Source: an uncultured bacterium
Lineage (GTDB): Bacteria > Verrucomicrobiota > Verrucomicrobiia > Verrucomicrobiales > DEV007
NCBI GenBank assembly: GCA_963977015.1
Contig: CAXBMO010000006.1
Span: 1 to 64,000 of the forward strand
Direction of reading: 5' to 3'
DNA: 64,000 nucleotides
Shown: in pieces, positions 49,052-59,852 of the stretch
Numbering within the stretch: the stretch's first letter is position 1
Layout of the letters: each line of letters begins with the position of its first letter
Position numbers and translations under genes: made by a program
Notes under the pieces: model-generated
Database searches by the model: none
Told to the model about the DNA's origin: nothing
The model's input: the letters and a program-made list of their open reading frames with translations, nothing else

Positions 49052-50635
49052 ATGAAGAATTTCGTTCTCGCTTTTCTGTTGAGCCTGACTTTCGCCCAGG
49101 CTGACGATCGCCCCAATATCCTGTTTCTTTTTGCCGATGATTGGGGACGCCACGCCAGTATTTATGCGGAGACCGATGGGCCGGGGACGGTGAATGATGC
49201 GATCCAGACGCCGAACTTTGATCAATTGGCGCGAGAAGGGGTGTTGTTCCAGAATGCGTTTGTTAGTGCGCCATCCTGCACTCCTTGCCGTAGCTCGCTG
49301 CTCTCCGGACAACACTTCTGGCGCACGGGTGCGGGGGCGATTTTGAAGGGGGCGACCTGGGATGATTCCATACCGACGTATCCGCTGCTTTTGGAGAAAG
49401 AGGGTTATCACCTCGGTTATACCTATAAAGTCTGGTCTCCGGGCACGCCGAAGGATGCACCGATTGGTGGGGCGAGGACGGGCTATCGCAAGGCTGGTGC
49501 TTCGATGAATGCGTTCTCGCAAACCGTGACCAAGCTGATGGCCGGGGGGATGTTGGCGGAGGAGGCGATGGCAAAGCCGCTGACGGAGGCGCGGAAGAAC
49601 TTTCAGCAGTTTCTAGCCGCGCGAGAGGAGGGAACTCCCTTTTGCTATTGGTTCGGCCCCACGAATGTGCATCGGAAATGGATCAAGGGTTCCGGCAAGG
49701 CGATTTGGGGACAGGATCCCGAGGTTTTGAAAGGGAAGATGCCGCCGTTTCTTCCGGATGTGCCTGCGGTTCGGGAGGACTTGAACGATTACTTTGGCGA
49801 GATCATGGGGTTTGATGCGGCGATTGGAGAGTTGATCGCCGAGTTGAAGGCGATTGGCGAGTATGACAACACGATCATCGCGATTTCCGGAGATCACGGC
49901 GCGCCCGGTTTCCCCTACGGAAAGTGCAATCTCTACGACTTCGGGTCCAAGGTGCCGCTGCTCGTTACCGGGCCGGGAATCAAGGGGGGAAGAGTGGTGG
50001 AGGACTTTGTTTCGTTGCCGGATTTGGCGCCGACGTTTTTGGAGGCGGGTGGGGTTGTTGCGCCCGACACGATGACCGCCAAATCGCTCTGGCCGGTCCT
50101 GCGTTCCGATCAATCCGGGTTGGTCGATCCCACCCGGACCCAGGTTTACATTGGCCGGGAGCGTCATGTCTATGTCGCCCGGGCGGGAAATCTGCCCTAT
50201 CCGCAACGCGCCATCCGAACGAAGGACTTTCTCTTGATCATCAATTTCAAGTCGGATCGCAATCCGCTTGGCGATCCCTATAAACTGGGCTCTGACGAGG
50301 AACCGGGGATGAACGCTTTGGAGAACAACACCCTTGCGACCCTGCCTGATGAGGATGCCGGCCCGACCAAAGCCTGGATGGTGATGAACCGGAAGGATCC
50401 CCAGTGGGCTCCCTATTTTGATCGCGCCTACGGCAAGCGGCCTCGCCTGGAGCTTTACGATCTGGCCAAGGATCCTCACCAGCTCAAAAACGTTGCCGAC
50501 AATCCGGAATACCAGGAAATCGCGGACCGGCTCGAGTCTCAATTGATGACCGAGTTGGAGACGACCGGTGATCCCAGGTTGATCGATGAGGGACGCTTCT
50601 TTGAGGAGGTTGCCAAGTTTGACGCTCCGCGGTGA
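49052..50635 (+). CDS. Cys-type sulfatase (sulfamidase-like)
   Basis: PNILFLFADDWG, SCTPCRSSLLSG, DHG..FPYGKCNLYD. Confidence 0.95.
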   Translation: MKNFVLAFLLSLTFAQADDRPNILFLFADDWGRHASIYAETDGPGTVNDAIQTPNFDQLAREGVLFQNAFVSAPSCTPCRSSLLSGQHFWRTGAGAILKGATWDDSIPTYPLLLEKEGYHLGYTYKVWSPGTPKDAPIGGARTGYRKAGASMNAFSQTVTKLMAGGMLAEEAMAKPLTEARKNFQQFLAAREEGTPFCYWFGPTNVHRKWIKGSGKAIWGQDPEVLKGKMPPFLPDVPAVREDLNDYFGEIMGFDAAIGELIAELKAIGEYDNTIIAISGDHGAPGFPYGKCNLYDFGSKVPLLVTGPGIKGGRVVEDFVSLPDLAPTFLEAGGVVAPDTMTAKSLWPVLRSDQSGLVDPTRTQVYIGRERHVYVARAGNLPYPQRAIRTKDFLLIINFKSDRNPLGDPYKLGSDEEPGMNALENNTLATLPDEDAGPTKAWMVMNRKDPQWAPYFDRAYGKRPRLELYDLAKDPHQLKNVADNPEYQEIADRLESQLMTELETTGDPRLIDEGRFFEEVAKFDAPR

Positions 50636-50704
50636 TTCGGGCGCCGGATGCTCAGTCAGCTTTGCGCTGCATTCTGACGATGTGCCGAAGGGAATCCAGT
50701 TGTT

Positions 50705-51307
50705 ATGCCTGAACCTGATCCAGCGAGAATCCTTGCCTTTGCAACGCCGAAAGATCTCGGCCGGTGGCTCAAGGTGAATCACGCCACCGAAAGTGAGCTG
50801 TGGGTGAAGATCTTCAAGAAAAAGACGGGCATTCCGAGCGTGACGTGGGACGATGTCGTGATTGAGGCGCTGTGTTGGGGGTGGATCGATGGCATCAAGA
50901 AGTCAATTGATGACCAAGCTTATCTCCAGCGGATGACTCCGCGGAAAGCGCGAAGCAACTGGTCGAAAAGGAATCGAGATCATGCGGAGCGTTTGATCCG
51001 CGAGGGCCGCATGAGGGAGTCAGGACTCGTGCAGGTTCGTGCCGCCAAAGCGGACGGCCGGTGGGAGAACGCTTATACGGCAAGTGAAATAGAAGTGCCT
51101 GCGGATTTCCTGGCGGCGCTGGAGAGCGAGCCGAAGGCGAAGAACTTTTTTGAAACGCTCAATCAATCGAGTCGATATGTTATTGCCTACGGGTTGACAA
51201 GTGCGAAGAAACCCGAAACCAGACATAGGAGATTTGCAAAATTCTTGGACATGCTGGTTCGTGAAGAACAGCCGGGTCTTGGCGTCAACAAGTCGAAAAA
51301 GGCATAG
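50705..51307 (+). CDS. YdeI/OmpD-associated family protein
   Basis: ALCWGWIDG, TPRKARSNWS.RN, AKKPETR.RR. Confidence 0.9.
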   Translation: MPEPDPARILAFATPKDLGRWLKVNHATESELWVKIFKKKTGIPSVTWDDVVIEALCWGWIDGIKKSIDDQAYLQRMTPRKARSNWSKRNRDHAERLIREGRMRESGLVQVRAAKADGRWENAYTASEIEVPADFLAALESEPKAKNFFETLNQSSRYVIAYGLTSAKKPETRHRRFAKFLDMLVREEQPGLGVNKSKKA

Positions 51308-51628
51308 TCCAAAGATCGCTTCGAGCGTTAGTCCCGGCTCCCGGTAGTCTCCTGGTCACGTAAAAAAGACGGTCCGCCCCATCATCTCTTGGTGGTTTCT
51401 TTGTGGACGTCGAGACCGATGTCGTATTTTTTTTGGGGTCATGGCGTGTGTAGGTAGTCCATTACTGTTGGATAGGTGGTGCGGAACTCGTTTACCAGCG
51501 ATAAGCCACGAGAACCCAAGCATGCCACGTTCCCTTTCAACGGCGATGCTCAGGAGGAGCTTCAGCCATAGGACCTCGCCGCAAGAAAGAATTCGATTCT
51601 GCTACTGATAGGCGCTACGGACTAGCAT

Positions 51629-51895
51629 ATGAATACGGCTAAAGGAATAGTCAGCATCGTAGCCGCAGTTTTTGCTTTTGCTGCTGCTCTCTTGTGGTTC
51701 AAATCAACAGTTGTCAAAGTGCCGCCCAACGAAAAGCCTAATGAAAACGGCATCATTGAGGCTTCGATTACTTCGGACGGTGCAGATGTAATAGCAACAG
51801 CGCGGAAACAAAACCACTGGAACAAACTAGGTGCATTAGCTGCATCGATAGCCGCGCTCGCACAGGGAATATCACTCCTTATTCCGTCCACCTAA
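51629..51895 (+). CDS. Small two-TM hypothetical protein (low GC)
   Basis: 88 aa with hydrophobic ends; AT-rich. Confidence 0.65.
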   Translation: MNTAKGIVSIVAAVFAFAAALLWFKSTVVKVPPNEKPNENGIIEASITSDGADVIATARKQNHWNKLGALAASIAALAQGISLLIPST

Positions 51896-52079
51896 CCCGC
51901 GCGAAACCCGAGCCGAACATGGCGGGGTGCACCAGCCTGATCACATTCCGAGGTGTTAGCATTCCATTGATTCGAATCCGTAGGTTCCAATCAAGTTCGC
52001 GCCCTCGGATCGGGTCGCCAAGTCTCAAACACTCAGTTTGGAATTGTAGGCGGGCGATTGCCGGGGTTAGGGTCGGCGT

Positions 52080-52394
52080 ATGAATTCAACCCCTGTTCCG
52101 CAGTTTCTGAGTTTGGTGGGGCCGATCCTTCTGGCCATGGTCTATCTGTTCGGAATCGTCTATGCTCTGGTCAACCTCTCGAAAGCGCGCGGACCAGCGA
52201 TCATGGCGTTGTTGGGCTGTGCGATCATTTTGATGATGATGGTGGGGCAGCAGGTGTTCTTTCGCACGGTCGTGACCCGGCCCGGGTTCGATCACCAGAT
52301 GATGCCTGTCTTGATGTCGGCGATGGCGGTCCCGGCGGCGGTTGGGCATGCGCTGATCATCGTCGCCGTTTTTGCCGGGCGGAGGGAAAACTAG
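52080..52394 (+). CDS. Small membrane protein (3 TM)
   Basis: 104 aa, three hydrophobic helices, ends IVAVFAGR. Confidence 0.7.
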   Translation: MNSTPVPQFLSLVGPILLAMVYLFGIVYALVNLSKARGPAIMALLGCAIILMMMVGQQVFFRTVVTRPGFDHQMMPVLMSAMAVPAAVGHALIIVAVFAGRREN

Positions 52395-52424
52395 GGAAAG
52401 GCGTTTTGCGTTCCGTCGGCCTAG

Positions 52425-53807
52425 CTAAATGATCTCGGCAATGGGCGTTCCCCCATCGAGAAGATGCACGGGACGGCCCGTGTGGTCGTTGAAGGTGACC
52501 TTGCGGTAGTCGATTCCGAGGACGTGGTAGATGGTGGCGAGAACATCGCAAGGGCGTAGCGGACGCTCAATGGGGTGCTCCGCTTTCGAGTTGGTGGCTC
52601 CGACGACCTGACCCATCTTGAGTCCTCCGCCCGCGAGGACGACGCTCATGGAATTGCCCCAGTGATCGCGCCCCGGAATCGGGATTCCCGGTTGCCCGGA
52701 GTTGAGTTTGGGCGTTCGGCCGAATTCACCCATGATGACGACCAAAACGTCATCGAGCAGGTGGCGGTCGGCGAGATCCTGCATCAAACCACCGACGGCC
52801 TGGTCGAGATAGGGGAGGCGATCCTCCAGCGCGGTTTTGATCTTGGAATGGTTGTCCCAATGCGGCATGTCCACCGTGACAAAGCGAACGCCGGCCTCGA
52901 CCATGCGCCGCGCCATGAGCGTGTAGTGACCCCAGGGACCACGACCGTAACGGTCGCGGGTTTTGGGGTCTTCTTTTTCGATGTCGAAGGCTTCCTTGGC
53001 TTTCCCCCCGATCACCATGTCGACCGCCTCTTGATTGAACCGGTCCATCGAGTCCATCAACCCGCTTTGGTCCAGGTTCCGGTTCAGCTGATCGAGCGAA
53101 CTCAGCAGGTCCATGCGGGAAGAAGTTCGGCCTCCATCACTGGCGATGTTGCTCAGAAAGGTCGGCGCTTTGATCGCCGCAGTGGACCTCCCCGCGAGAT
53201 ACTTCTGCTTCATGTTCACCTGAAACGGATCATACGAGGGACCCAGATACGCGCTTCCCATGTAGCCGGGATAGAGATAGACGCTTTCTGCTGCGGGCAG
53301 CCCAACGTAGGCGGGGATGCCGGGCGTGACCGCCCCCTTCAGCTTTGCCACGCAGGATCCGACCGATGGATACATCTGCTCCTTGTTGGCCGAAGTGCTT
53401 CCGAATCGTCCCGTCAGCATCCAGTGCGCCGCGGCAAAGTGATCGCCCGTATCGTGATGCACGGAGCGTAGGAAACACATCTTGTCCGCATGCTTGGCAT
53501 GTTGGGGCAGCATCTCGGAAATCCGGATTCCCGGGACGTTGGTGGCCATATCGCCCCACGGACCACGATACTCGCTGGGCGAATCCGGCTTGGGATCGTA
53601 GGTCTCCAATTGGCTGGGACCGCCATCCAACCAGAGCAGAATCACGGACTTGCCATTGTCGCTTGAGTTCGCCTCCGCGTGCAGTCTGGCCAATCCCGCG
53701 GTCGAAAGCCCGAATGCGCTCAACGCCCCGCTTTTCAGGGCGGTGCGCCGGGTCATTCCCTGGCAATTGCGACCAGCACGAGTCGTAGAATCTGAAATGG
53801 TGAGCAT
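52425..53807 (-). CDS. DUF1501-family protein
   Basis: LWLDGGPSQLETYDPKP, ARRMVEAGVRFV, WDNH, GEFGRTP, GRDHW. Confidence 0.95.
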   Translation of the reverse strand: MLTISDSTTRAGRNCQGMTRRTALKSGALSAFGLSTAGLARLHAEANSSDNGKSVILLWLDGGPSQLETYDPKPDSPSEYRGPWGDMATNVPGIRISEMLPQHAKHADKMCFLRSVHHDTGDHFAAAHWMLTGRFGSTSANKEQMYPSVGSCVAKLKGAVTPGIPAYVGLPAAESVYLYPGYMGSAYLGPSYDPFQVNMKQKYLAGRSTAAIKAPTFLSNIASDGGRTSSRMDLLSSLDQLNRNLDQSGLMDSMDRFNQEAVDMVIGGKAKEAFDIEKEDPKTRDRYGRGPWGHYTLMARRMVEAGVRFVTVDMPHWDNHSKIKTALEDRLPYLDQAVGGLMQDLADRHLLDDVLVVIMGEFGRTPKLNSGQPGIPIPGRDHWGNSMSVVLAGGGLKMGQVVGATNSKAEHPIERPLRPCDVLATIYHVLGIDYRKVTFNDHTGRPVHLLDGGTPIAEII

Positions 53808-53890
53808 GGGGTTTCTCCTACCATTTAAACACGAATTCTTGCGGCCCCGCCTTTCATCGGGATTTGCAGAAGCCACTCCTGCGCTTCTCC

Positions 53891-54655
53891 TCAATACGTC
53901 GCCCGGCCGCCGGAGAGATCGAACACCGCACCGGTCGAAAACGAGCAATCGTCAGAACTCAACCAGGCGACCATCGCCGCGGCTTCCTCCACTTTGCCAA
54001 AGCGGTTCATGGGGATTTTGCTGAGCATGTAATCGATGTGCTCCTGGGTCATCTGTTTGAAGATATCGGTCTCGATCACGGCCGGCGTGATGCAGTTGAC
54101 GATGACTCCCTTGTCGGCCAACTCCTTGCCGAGAGACTTGGTCAGGGCCAGGACCCCGGCCTTCGCGGCGGAATAATGGCTCGCATTCGGGTTCCCTTCC
54201 TTTCCGGCAACCGAGGCCATGTTCACGATTTTTCCCCCGCCGTTCTCGATCATCGAGGGAACGATGTGATGGCAGGTGAGGTAGGGACCAACGAGGTCGA
54301 TCTCGATGACCTTGCGCCATTCTTCGGGCGGAATTTCCCAGGTTGGCCGGGTCAGGCCCGCGATCCCGGCGTTGTTGACGAGAATATCGATCCGGCCTCC
54401 GAACTTCTTGAGCGTTGATGCGGTGGCCGCGGCGACCGAATCCGATGTGGTCAGTTCAACCGTCTCCGTCTCGACGACTCCCTCACCGGGTTCGCTCCGC
54501 AGCTTTTCTGCCGCCTCCGGCAAGGCATCGGCGTCCCGGTCCCAGATGGAGACATTCGCGCCCGACGCACGCAGGCGCTGACAAATTGCAAAGCCAATGC
54601 CGCGAACTCCGCCGGTGACGACCGCGGACCGATTCTGAAGATCAATCTGGTTCAT
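53891..54655 (-). CDS. SDR oxidoreductase (2-keto-3-deoxy-sugar-acid dehydrogenase-like)
   Basis: TGGVRGIG, NNAGI, YSAAK, DLSGGRATY. Confidence 0.9.
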   Translation of the reverse strand: MNQIDLQNRSAVVTGGVRGIGFAICQRLRASGANVSIWDRDADALPEAAEKLRSEPGEGVVETETVELTTSDSVAAATASTLKKFGGRIDILVNNAGIAGLTRPTWEIPPEEWRKVIEIDLVGPYLTCHHIVPSMIENGGGKIVNMASVAGKEGNPNASHYSAAKAGVLALTKSLGKELADKGVIVNCITPAVIETDIFKQMTQEHIDYMLSKIPMNRFGKVEEAAAMVAWLSSDDCSFSTGAVFDLSGGRATY

Positions 54656-54776
54656 TGCCGTCCATGCTGGACGCGACCGGCTTTCGGTTCAAGTGAAGGA
54701 CGTTGGCAAGGTTTCCACAGGAAAATCGAGAAGCATTCGGTTTGCACCGGCAGAAATCTCCGCCTGATTGGTAGCA

Positions 54777-56906
54777 ATGAAACCACCACTTAAGCTGTTT
54801 GGGTTCCTGTTTGTGTTGGCGTTGTTACAAGCAGGATGGGCAACCGATCGAGCGCTCCTGATCGGGGTCAGCGAGTATCCGAATTTGGAGCGGGAACATT
54901 GGTTGGAAGGACCGGTTTACGATGTGGAATTGGTGGAAAAAATTCTCTTGAGCAAACGCTTCGGATTCGCTTCGAAGCATATTCAAAAACTGTCAGGATG
55001 GCCAAAGGAGGAAAAGAGTCGTCCGACAAAGGCGAACATTCAGGCTGCGTTTCGCGACTTGGCAGAGGATGCCAAGGAGGGTGACCAGGTTTACATCCAA
55101 CTTTCCGGCCATGGCTCGCAACAGCCGGCAAATGCCGACCCGAAAGACCTTGAGCCGGATGGCCTCGATGAGGTTTTTCTTCCGGCGGACACGAGTGAGT
55201 GGGATCCGGTTACGAAACAGATAACCGGTGCCATCGTTGATGATGAGGTTCGGGAGTGGGTGGACGCCATTCGGCGCAAGGGAGCCTTTGTGTGGATTGT
55301 CTTTGATTCCTGCCATTCGGGAACGATGACCCGGGGAACAGAGAGCGACCAAAGGGTGAATCGGAGAATCGATCCGGTAGCGTTGATCCCGGCGGAAGCG
55401 TTGGCAAGCGGCGCAGGGTCGGTGAGGTCGATCGAAACCCGGGGCGATTTTGGGGCCGATCCTGAAGCTCAGGTCGGTAGTTCCGATTCCATGGGCGGAT
55501 TGGTCGCGATGTATGCAGCGCAATCGCTGGAGCCCACTTTTGAGATGCCACTACCCTCACCGGTGAGTCATCGTCACGGCATTTTCACGTTTATGCTCAT
55601 GCAGGTGCTGGCTTCGACCGACAAGGCTCTTTCCTATCGAGAACTGGCAGACTCCGTAAGCCTGATTTACCGGGCGAATGGAATATTTCAGCCGACACCG
55701 CTGATGGAAGGGCCTGATGTAGATCGTGAAGTGCTGGGGCGTGAGACCTTGCCCGAAAAGGCGCCGGTGCGGTTTACCGGACGTGTTTATCCTGGCGTGG
55801 GTGCCGAAATTGACGCGGGTTCCCTGATGGGGGTTTCGGAAGGGAGCGTGTTGGAAGTGTATCCTCCGGCGGTGGCGGATCGCGCGGAGGTTCCATTGGG
55901 AACGGTGGAGGTTGTGAAGTCGGGCTCGACGACTGCTCTCGTGAAGCCCAAAGCCTGGAGGGGCAATCCCGCGGTGCCAATGGAGGCGCTTGCGGCTGGT
56001 TCGCGTGCCAACGTGCTGTATCGCGATTTGGGACGCAAAGAACTGGGAGTCGCATTGCAAATGGAGGACGCCGACGGTGTTCTGACCCCGTTTTCCATCG
56101 CGACGCCTCCCAAAGCCGTTGAGCAGGATGTCCGGAAGCTTCATATCACCGCGAAGGCGAGCTGTTCCTTTGTCAAGGATGCGGGCGAGGCGGAATGGAT
56201 TGCGCGATTCCATTCGGGAGGTGGCGTGACCCTGTTGCCGGTCAGCGGATGGTCGAAAGCGTTTCCTACCATGGCTGGCCAGGAAATTGGGCACCAGTTT
56301 GGCCTCAGAGACGGCACAGAAGCCGCGAGCGCACTTCAGCGAGTGGCAAGGGCACGTCAATTGGTCGGGGTTGCCGCGAACGGAGCGGACGGATTGCGAA
56401 TGGAAATTGAGTTGCTGCGTTTTGCACCGGGGGAAGCGGATGGTAGGCCCGTAACCCATGGTCCCCAGGGACGCGTGCTCAGTCACGGAGATGAGATTGC
56501 GTTCCGAATCAAGAATCACAGTTCGGTTTCGATCGATGCGACCCTTTTGTTTGTTGATAGCTCGTACGGGATTTATGCCTTGTTTCCAGAGCCGGGAACG
56601 GTGGATGACAACCGGCTCCCGCCCGGAGGAGAGTTGGTGACGCCGAAGTTGGAGGTTACCGCGGATACCAGCGGGTTGGAGCAGGTGGTCGCATTGGCCG
56701 TGCGGTCCACCCGCGACCGAGTGAGTTTTGCCTGTCTGGAACAACCGTCGATTGAAACCACCCGTGGCGATGCCGCGCTGAATTCCCCGTTGGGCGAATT
56801 GTTGAAGTCGGTGGTCTATGGAGAAGGCGATACCCGTGGGCTCCGGCGTTCTGCAAGTGGCGACCACGCGACCAAGCTGATTTCGTGGACGACCATACCA
56901 CGATAG
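54777..56906 (+). CDS. Secreted caspase-family (peptidase C14) protein with C-terminal DUF4384-like domain
   Basis: RALLIGVSEY, SGHGSQ (His), DSCHSG (Cys), HGIFT; GDEIAFRIKN..LLFVDSSYGIYALFP; signal peptide. Confidence 0.9.
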   Translation: MKPPLKLFGFLFVLALLQAGWATDRALLIGVSEYPNLEREHWLEGPVYDVELVEKILLSKRFGFASKHIQKLSGWPKEEKSRPTKANIQAAFRDLAEDAKEGDQVYIQLSGHGSQQPANADPKDLEPDGLDEVFLPADTSEWDPVTKQITGAIVDDEVREWVDAIRRKGAFVWIVFDSCHSGTMTRGTESDQRVNRRIDPVALIPAEALASGAGSVRSIETRGDFGADPEAQVGSSDSMGGLVAMYAAQSLEPTFEMPLPSPVSHRHGIFTFMLMQVLASTDKALSYRELADSVSLIYRANGIFQPTPLMEGPDVDREVLGRETLPEKAPVRFTGRVYPGVGAEIDAGSLMGVSEGSVLEVYPPAVADRAEVPLGTVEVVKSGSTTALVKPKAWRGNPAVPMEALAAGSRANVLYRDLGRKELGVALQMEDADGVLTPFSIATPPKAVEQDVRKLHITAKASCSFVKDAGEAEWIARFHSGGGVTLLPVSGWSKAFPTMAGQEIGHQFGLRDGTEAASALQRVARARQLVGVAANGADGLRMEIELLRFAPGEADGRPVTHGPQGRVLSHGDEIAFRIKNHSSVSIDATLLFVDSSYGIYALFPEPGTVDDNRLPPGGELVTPKLEVTADTSGLEQVVALAVRSTRDRVSFACLEQPSIETTRGDAALNSPLGELLKSVVYGEGDTRGLRRSASGDHATKLISWTTIPR

Positions 56907-56911
56907 TCGCC

Positions 56912-59719
56912 TCAAAGTGATCCGCTCTGGCCGGAGAGAATGAATGCGGCCCAGTAGGCGGGGTGCTGATACATTGCACCGTCTAAAAGTTCCAAACGCG
57001 CCGTTCGCAGACTGGTCGCGATGGGCTGACCGTCTTTCAGTTGCCGGTAAAAGGATGCCATCAACCGCTGGGTTGCATCATCGTGGACCTTCCACAGGCT
57101 GATGACCTGAGTTTCGGCTCCCGCGAGGAAGAGTCCGCGCCGCAGGCCAAAAACCCCTTCTCCGGTCACGATATCTCCCACGCCGGTTTCGCAGGCACTC
57201 AGCACGGCAAGCTTCGTGCCGCGTAGATCGAGACCGGTCAGTTCCAGTCCGGTCAGAATGCCGTCTTCGCCCGCTCCGCCGGAAAGCTGGTTGGCGCCGG
57301 CCAGGGCAAGACCGGTTCGGAGAAGTGGACTCTGCAGAACGAAAAACCCTGGCGCCGAACTGTCGGTCGTTTGTGAAGGCGGGGGCGTCTTTTTGCGTTT
57401 CAATCCTCGGTCCCCCATTTCGCCCTGGAATCCGTTGCCCTCCTGAAACTGTGGCGTTGCCGCATGGTAGAATCCGTGGGTCGCGATGTGCAGCAGGCTG
57501 GGGTTTCTTGTGGATTTCAGATTTGCTTCGGTGGCATTCGCTCCCGCATAAATTTTTGCGGCGGGCATGAGTTGGCTGAGGGCCTCGGCTTCGACGAGGG
57601 TTCCGGGAAGCGGCGAAAACTGAAAAGTGGCGTCAGGTCCATAGCTGGGTCCCGCGAAGATGGCGGGATGACTTTCTGCGTTGGTGGGAGTTCCGCTTTG
57701 CAACAAGTCGCGACCACTGGACAGATACGAAACCTGGTGAGTTTGCAGCAGAAATTTACCCGAGGCGTCCTGCAATGCGGAGAACGGGACCAAATTCAGC
57801 ACTCCATCCGGGCAGACAATCCAGTTTGACGTCCCGCGTGCCTTTGCCTCGACTGGAGCGACTACCAGGTGATGCAGTGCCCGGCCAAGCTCTTCAAACC
57901 GGTTGTTTCCCGGGGATGCCAGGCTTTGGCGGAATTGTTGGGCTGCGTGGTGGATGTCTCCGTATTCGCCGAGATTGACGGAATCAACACGACCATCTGA
58001 AAAGAGGAGAAATGCAGAACATTGCAGCGGGATTTCGTCCGCTTTTGCCTTGGGAATGTCTTTTCGAAATGGACGGAAAAAAGCATACTCCACCAGGACG
58101 TGATCGGGTGGGATCGCTGCTGCGACTTTGTCGACGCTCACTTCGGTTTTTGTGAAGGCGTCCGGATATCTCTGGCGCAAGTCACGTTCGATGCTTTCCA
58201 CCTGAAGCTGCCATTTTGAAATCTGATCCGTCTGGGCCTTCGATGTGGGGCCACCGGCAATTGCCGCCTTTGCAATGTTGCCCAGGAGGAAATTGCGATG
58301 TTCAACTTGAGCGAGATCCGCCTCTGACCAATGGGATCCACCAGCGTTCCGGGAGGACAAATCGGCGGCGCGCCCTTTGCGTTGCAACAAGGTTAGCAAA
58401 GCCTCGCGTTGCAGACCTTCATGTTCGGGGAATTGGTCCAAACTCAGGCTGAGTGAGAATTGCGTTTTCCCGTTGATGGAATGTAGAAAAGAGAGCTTCT
58501 GGCTTTCTGAACCAAGATACGCAACCTGCTGGAGAAGGGCTTCGTGAATCTGGTTTGCCCGCGAGATGAATTGCAGGGCTTTGTCAGGATCTTTTCGCAA
58601 CGATTCCAAGAGTGCCATGTTTCCAAAAATTTGAGCCATCTTTGGCGACTCCATTCCCACCGCATCCTTGGTTTCAGCGTAGGCCTGACGAAGCAGGTTC
58701 TCAGCAACGCCAAGCTGATTCGCGAAGAGCGCGTGGAAAGCCATGTTGTTCAGATCCGTTCCTTTCATGGGGTATCTGCCGCGATACTCTTTCATGTGAA
58801 GATCGTAAGACTCTTTGACCGCCTGAAAGGCCTCGGTGTGTTTACCCAGTTCGCTGGCCAGATTTGCCTCCATTCCCGCGACGATCGCAAAATCGGGCAT
58901 GCGCATATTGTCCCCTGCTGATACAAGCAACGTTCGCGCTTCATCCAAAAGCTGTTGCGCCTCTTCATACCGTTTTGCTTTTCGGCAAGTTCTGGCCATT
59001 CCGGTGAGCCGGTCAATTCGATACAGGCCTGAGGATCTCGCCAGGGCAAGCTTGTCATAATTGTAGGCCCGGTCGACCTCTCCCAGTGAGGTGTAAAACG
59101 ATCCCAGAGCGGCCAGGGATTGACTTTCGAAACGCATCTTGAGAGGCGGCATGGTCATTCGCGTCGCTTCCAGCGCCTGGTGAAGGGCTTGTTCCGCTGG
59201 CAGATATTGGTTCTGAGCCATCAACGCGGCACCCAGGTCCAGGTAGCTTCCCACCGCGATATTTCTTAGCTCCAGGTTCACTCCGGTCTCGCAAATCGTG
59301 ATCGCCTCCCGGAGGAACCTCTCGGCCTCGACACTCCGATTGAGTTGATGCAAAATACTGCCGTGGGTGGATCGAAGCTTGGCCATGAACACCATGTCTC
59401 GAGTATCCTTGCTTAGTTCCAGAGACCGGTTGGTATGCCTAATCGCGTCCCAGTATTCACGTTGGGTCAGGAGAATCGTTGCCGCCAACTCATGGAATTG
59501 AGCATGGGCGTTGGAAGGCAGGCCTTCTCTGGAGACCTCGGTAAGGGCAATCGCTTCTTCAATCTTCGCCAAGGCCGCCGCTCGTTCTCCCTGATTGAAC
59601 AATGCGACAGAACTTTGAGACAACCTGAGGATCTTCGTCGCATCACAGCGAGCGCTTTCCGGAATCGTGCCGATGGTGATCGCAGCCACCAATCCCAACC
59701 ATGAGAAGGACCTATTCAT
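56912..59719 (-). CDS. Secreted TPR-CHAT domain protein
   Basis: TPR-like helical N-terminal half; PDGVLNLVPFSAL, LHIATHG (His), LSACETG (Cys), SLWKVHD, HPAYWAAF. Confidence 0.92.
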   Translation of the reverse strand: MNRSFSWLGLVAAITIGTIPESARCDATKILRLSQSSVALFNQGERAAALAKIEEAIALTEVSREGLPSNAHAQFHELAATILLTQREYWDAIRHTNRSLELSKDTRDMVFMAKLRSTHGSILHQLNRSVEAERFLREAITICETGVNLELRNIAVGSYLDLGAALMAQNQYLPAEQALHQALEATRMTMPPLKMRFESQSLAALGSFYTSLGEVDRAYNYDKLALARSSGLYRIDRLTGMARTCRKAKRYEEAQQLLDEARTLLVSAGDNMRMPDFAIVAGMEANLASELGKHTEAFQAVKESYDLHMKEYRGRYPMKGTDLNNMAFHALFANQLGVAENLLRQAYAETKDAVGMESPKMAQIFGNMALLESLRKDPDKALQFISRANQIHEALLQQVAYLGSESQKLSFLHSINGKTQFSLSLSLDQFPEHEGLQREALLTLLQRKGRAADLSSRNAGGSHWSEADLAQVEHRNFLLGNIAKAAIAGGPTSKAQTDQISKWQLQVESIERDLRQRYPDAFTKTEVSVDKVAAAIPPDHVLVEYAFFRPFRKDIPKAKADEIPLQCSAFLLFSDGRVDSVNLGEYGDIHHAAQQFRQSLASPGNNRFEELGRALHHLVVAPVEAKARGTSNWIVCPDGVLNLVPFSALQDASGKFLLQTHQVSYLSSGRDLLQSGTPTNAESHPAIFAGPSYGPDATFQFSPLPGTLVEAEALSQLMPAAKIYAGANATEANLKSTRNPSLLHIATHGFYHAATPQFQEGNGFQGEMGDRGLKRKKTPPPSQTTDSSAPGFFVLQSPLLRTGLALAGANQLSGGAGEDGILTGLELTGLDLRGTKLAVLSACETGVGDIVTGEGVFGLRRGLFLAGAETQVISLWKVHDDATQRLMASFYRQLKDGQPIATSLRTARLELLDGAMYQHPAYWAAFILSGQSGSL

Positions 59720-59852
59720 TGATGATGGAATAGCAGATTCCGTACTGGATGGAAACTCAGAAACTCGCTGGCAGAAAAAAGCGGGGCTTCCACTCCCAGT
59801 CTTGATTGATCTGGCGATTTTGGTAGGATTCGAAATTCCCCCCAAAACCTCC

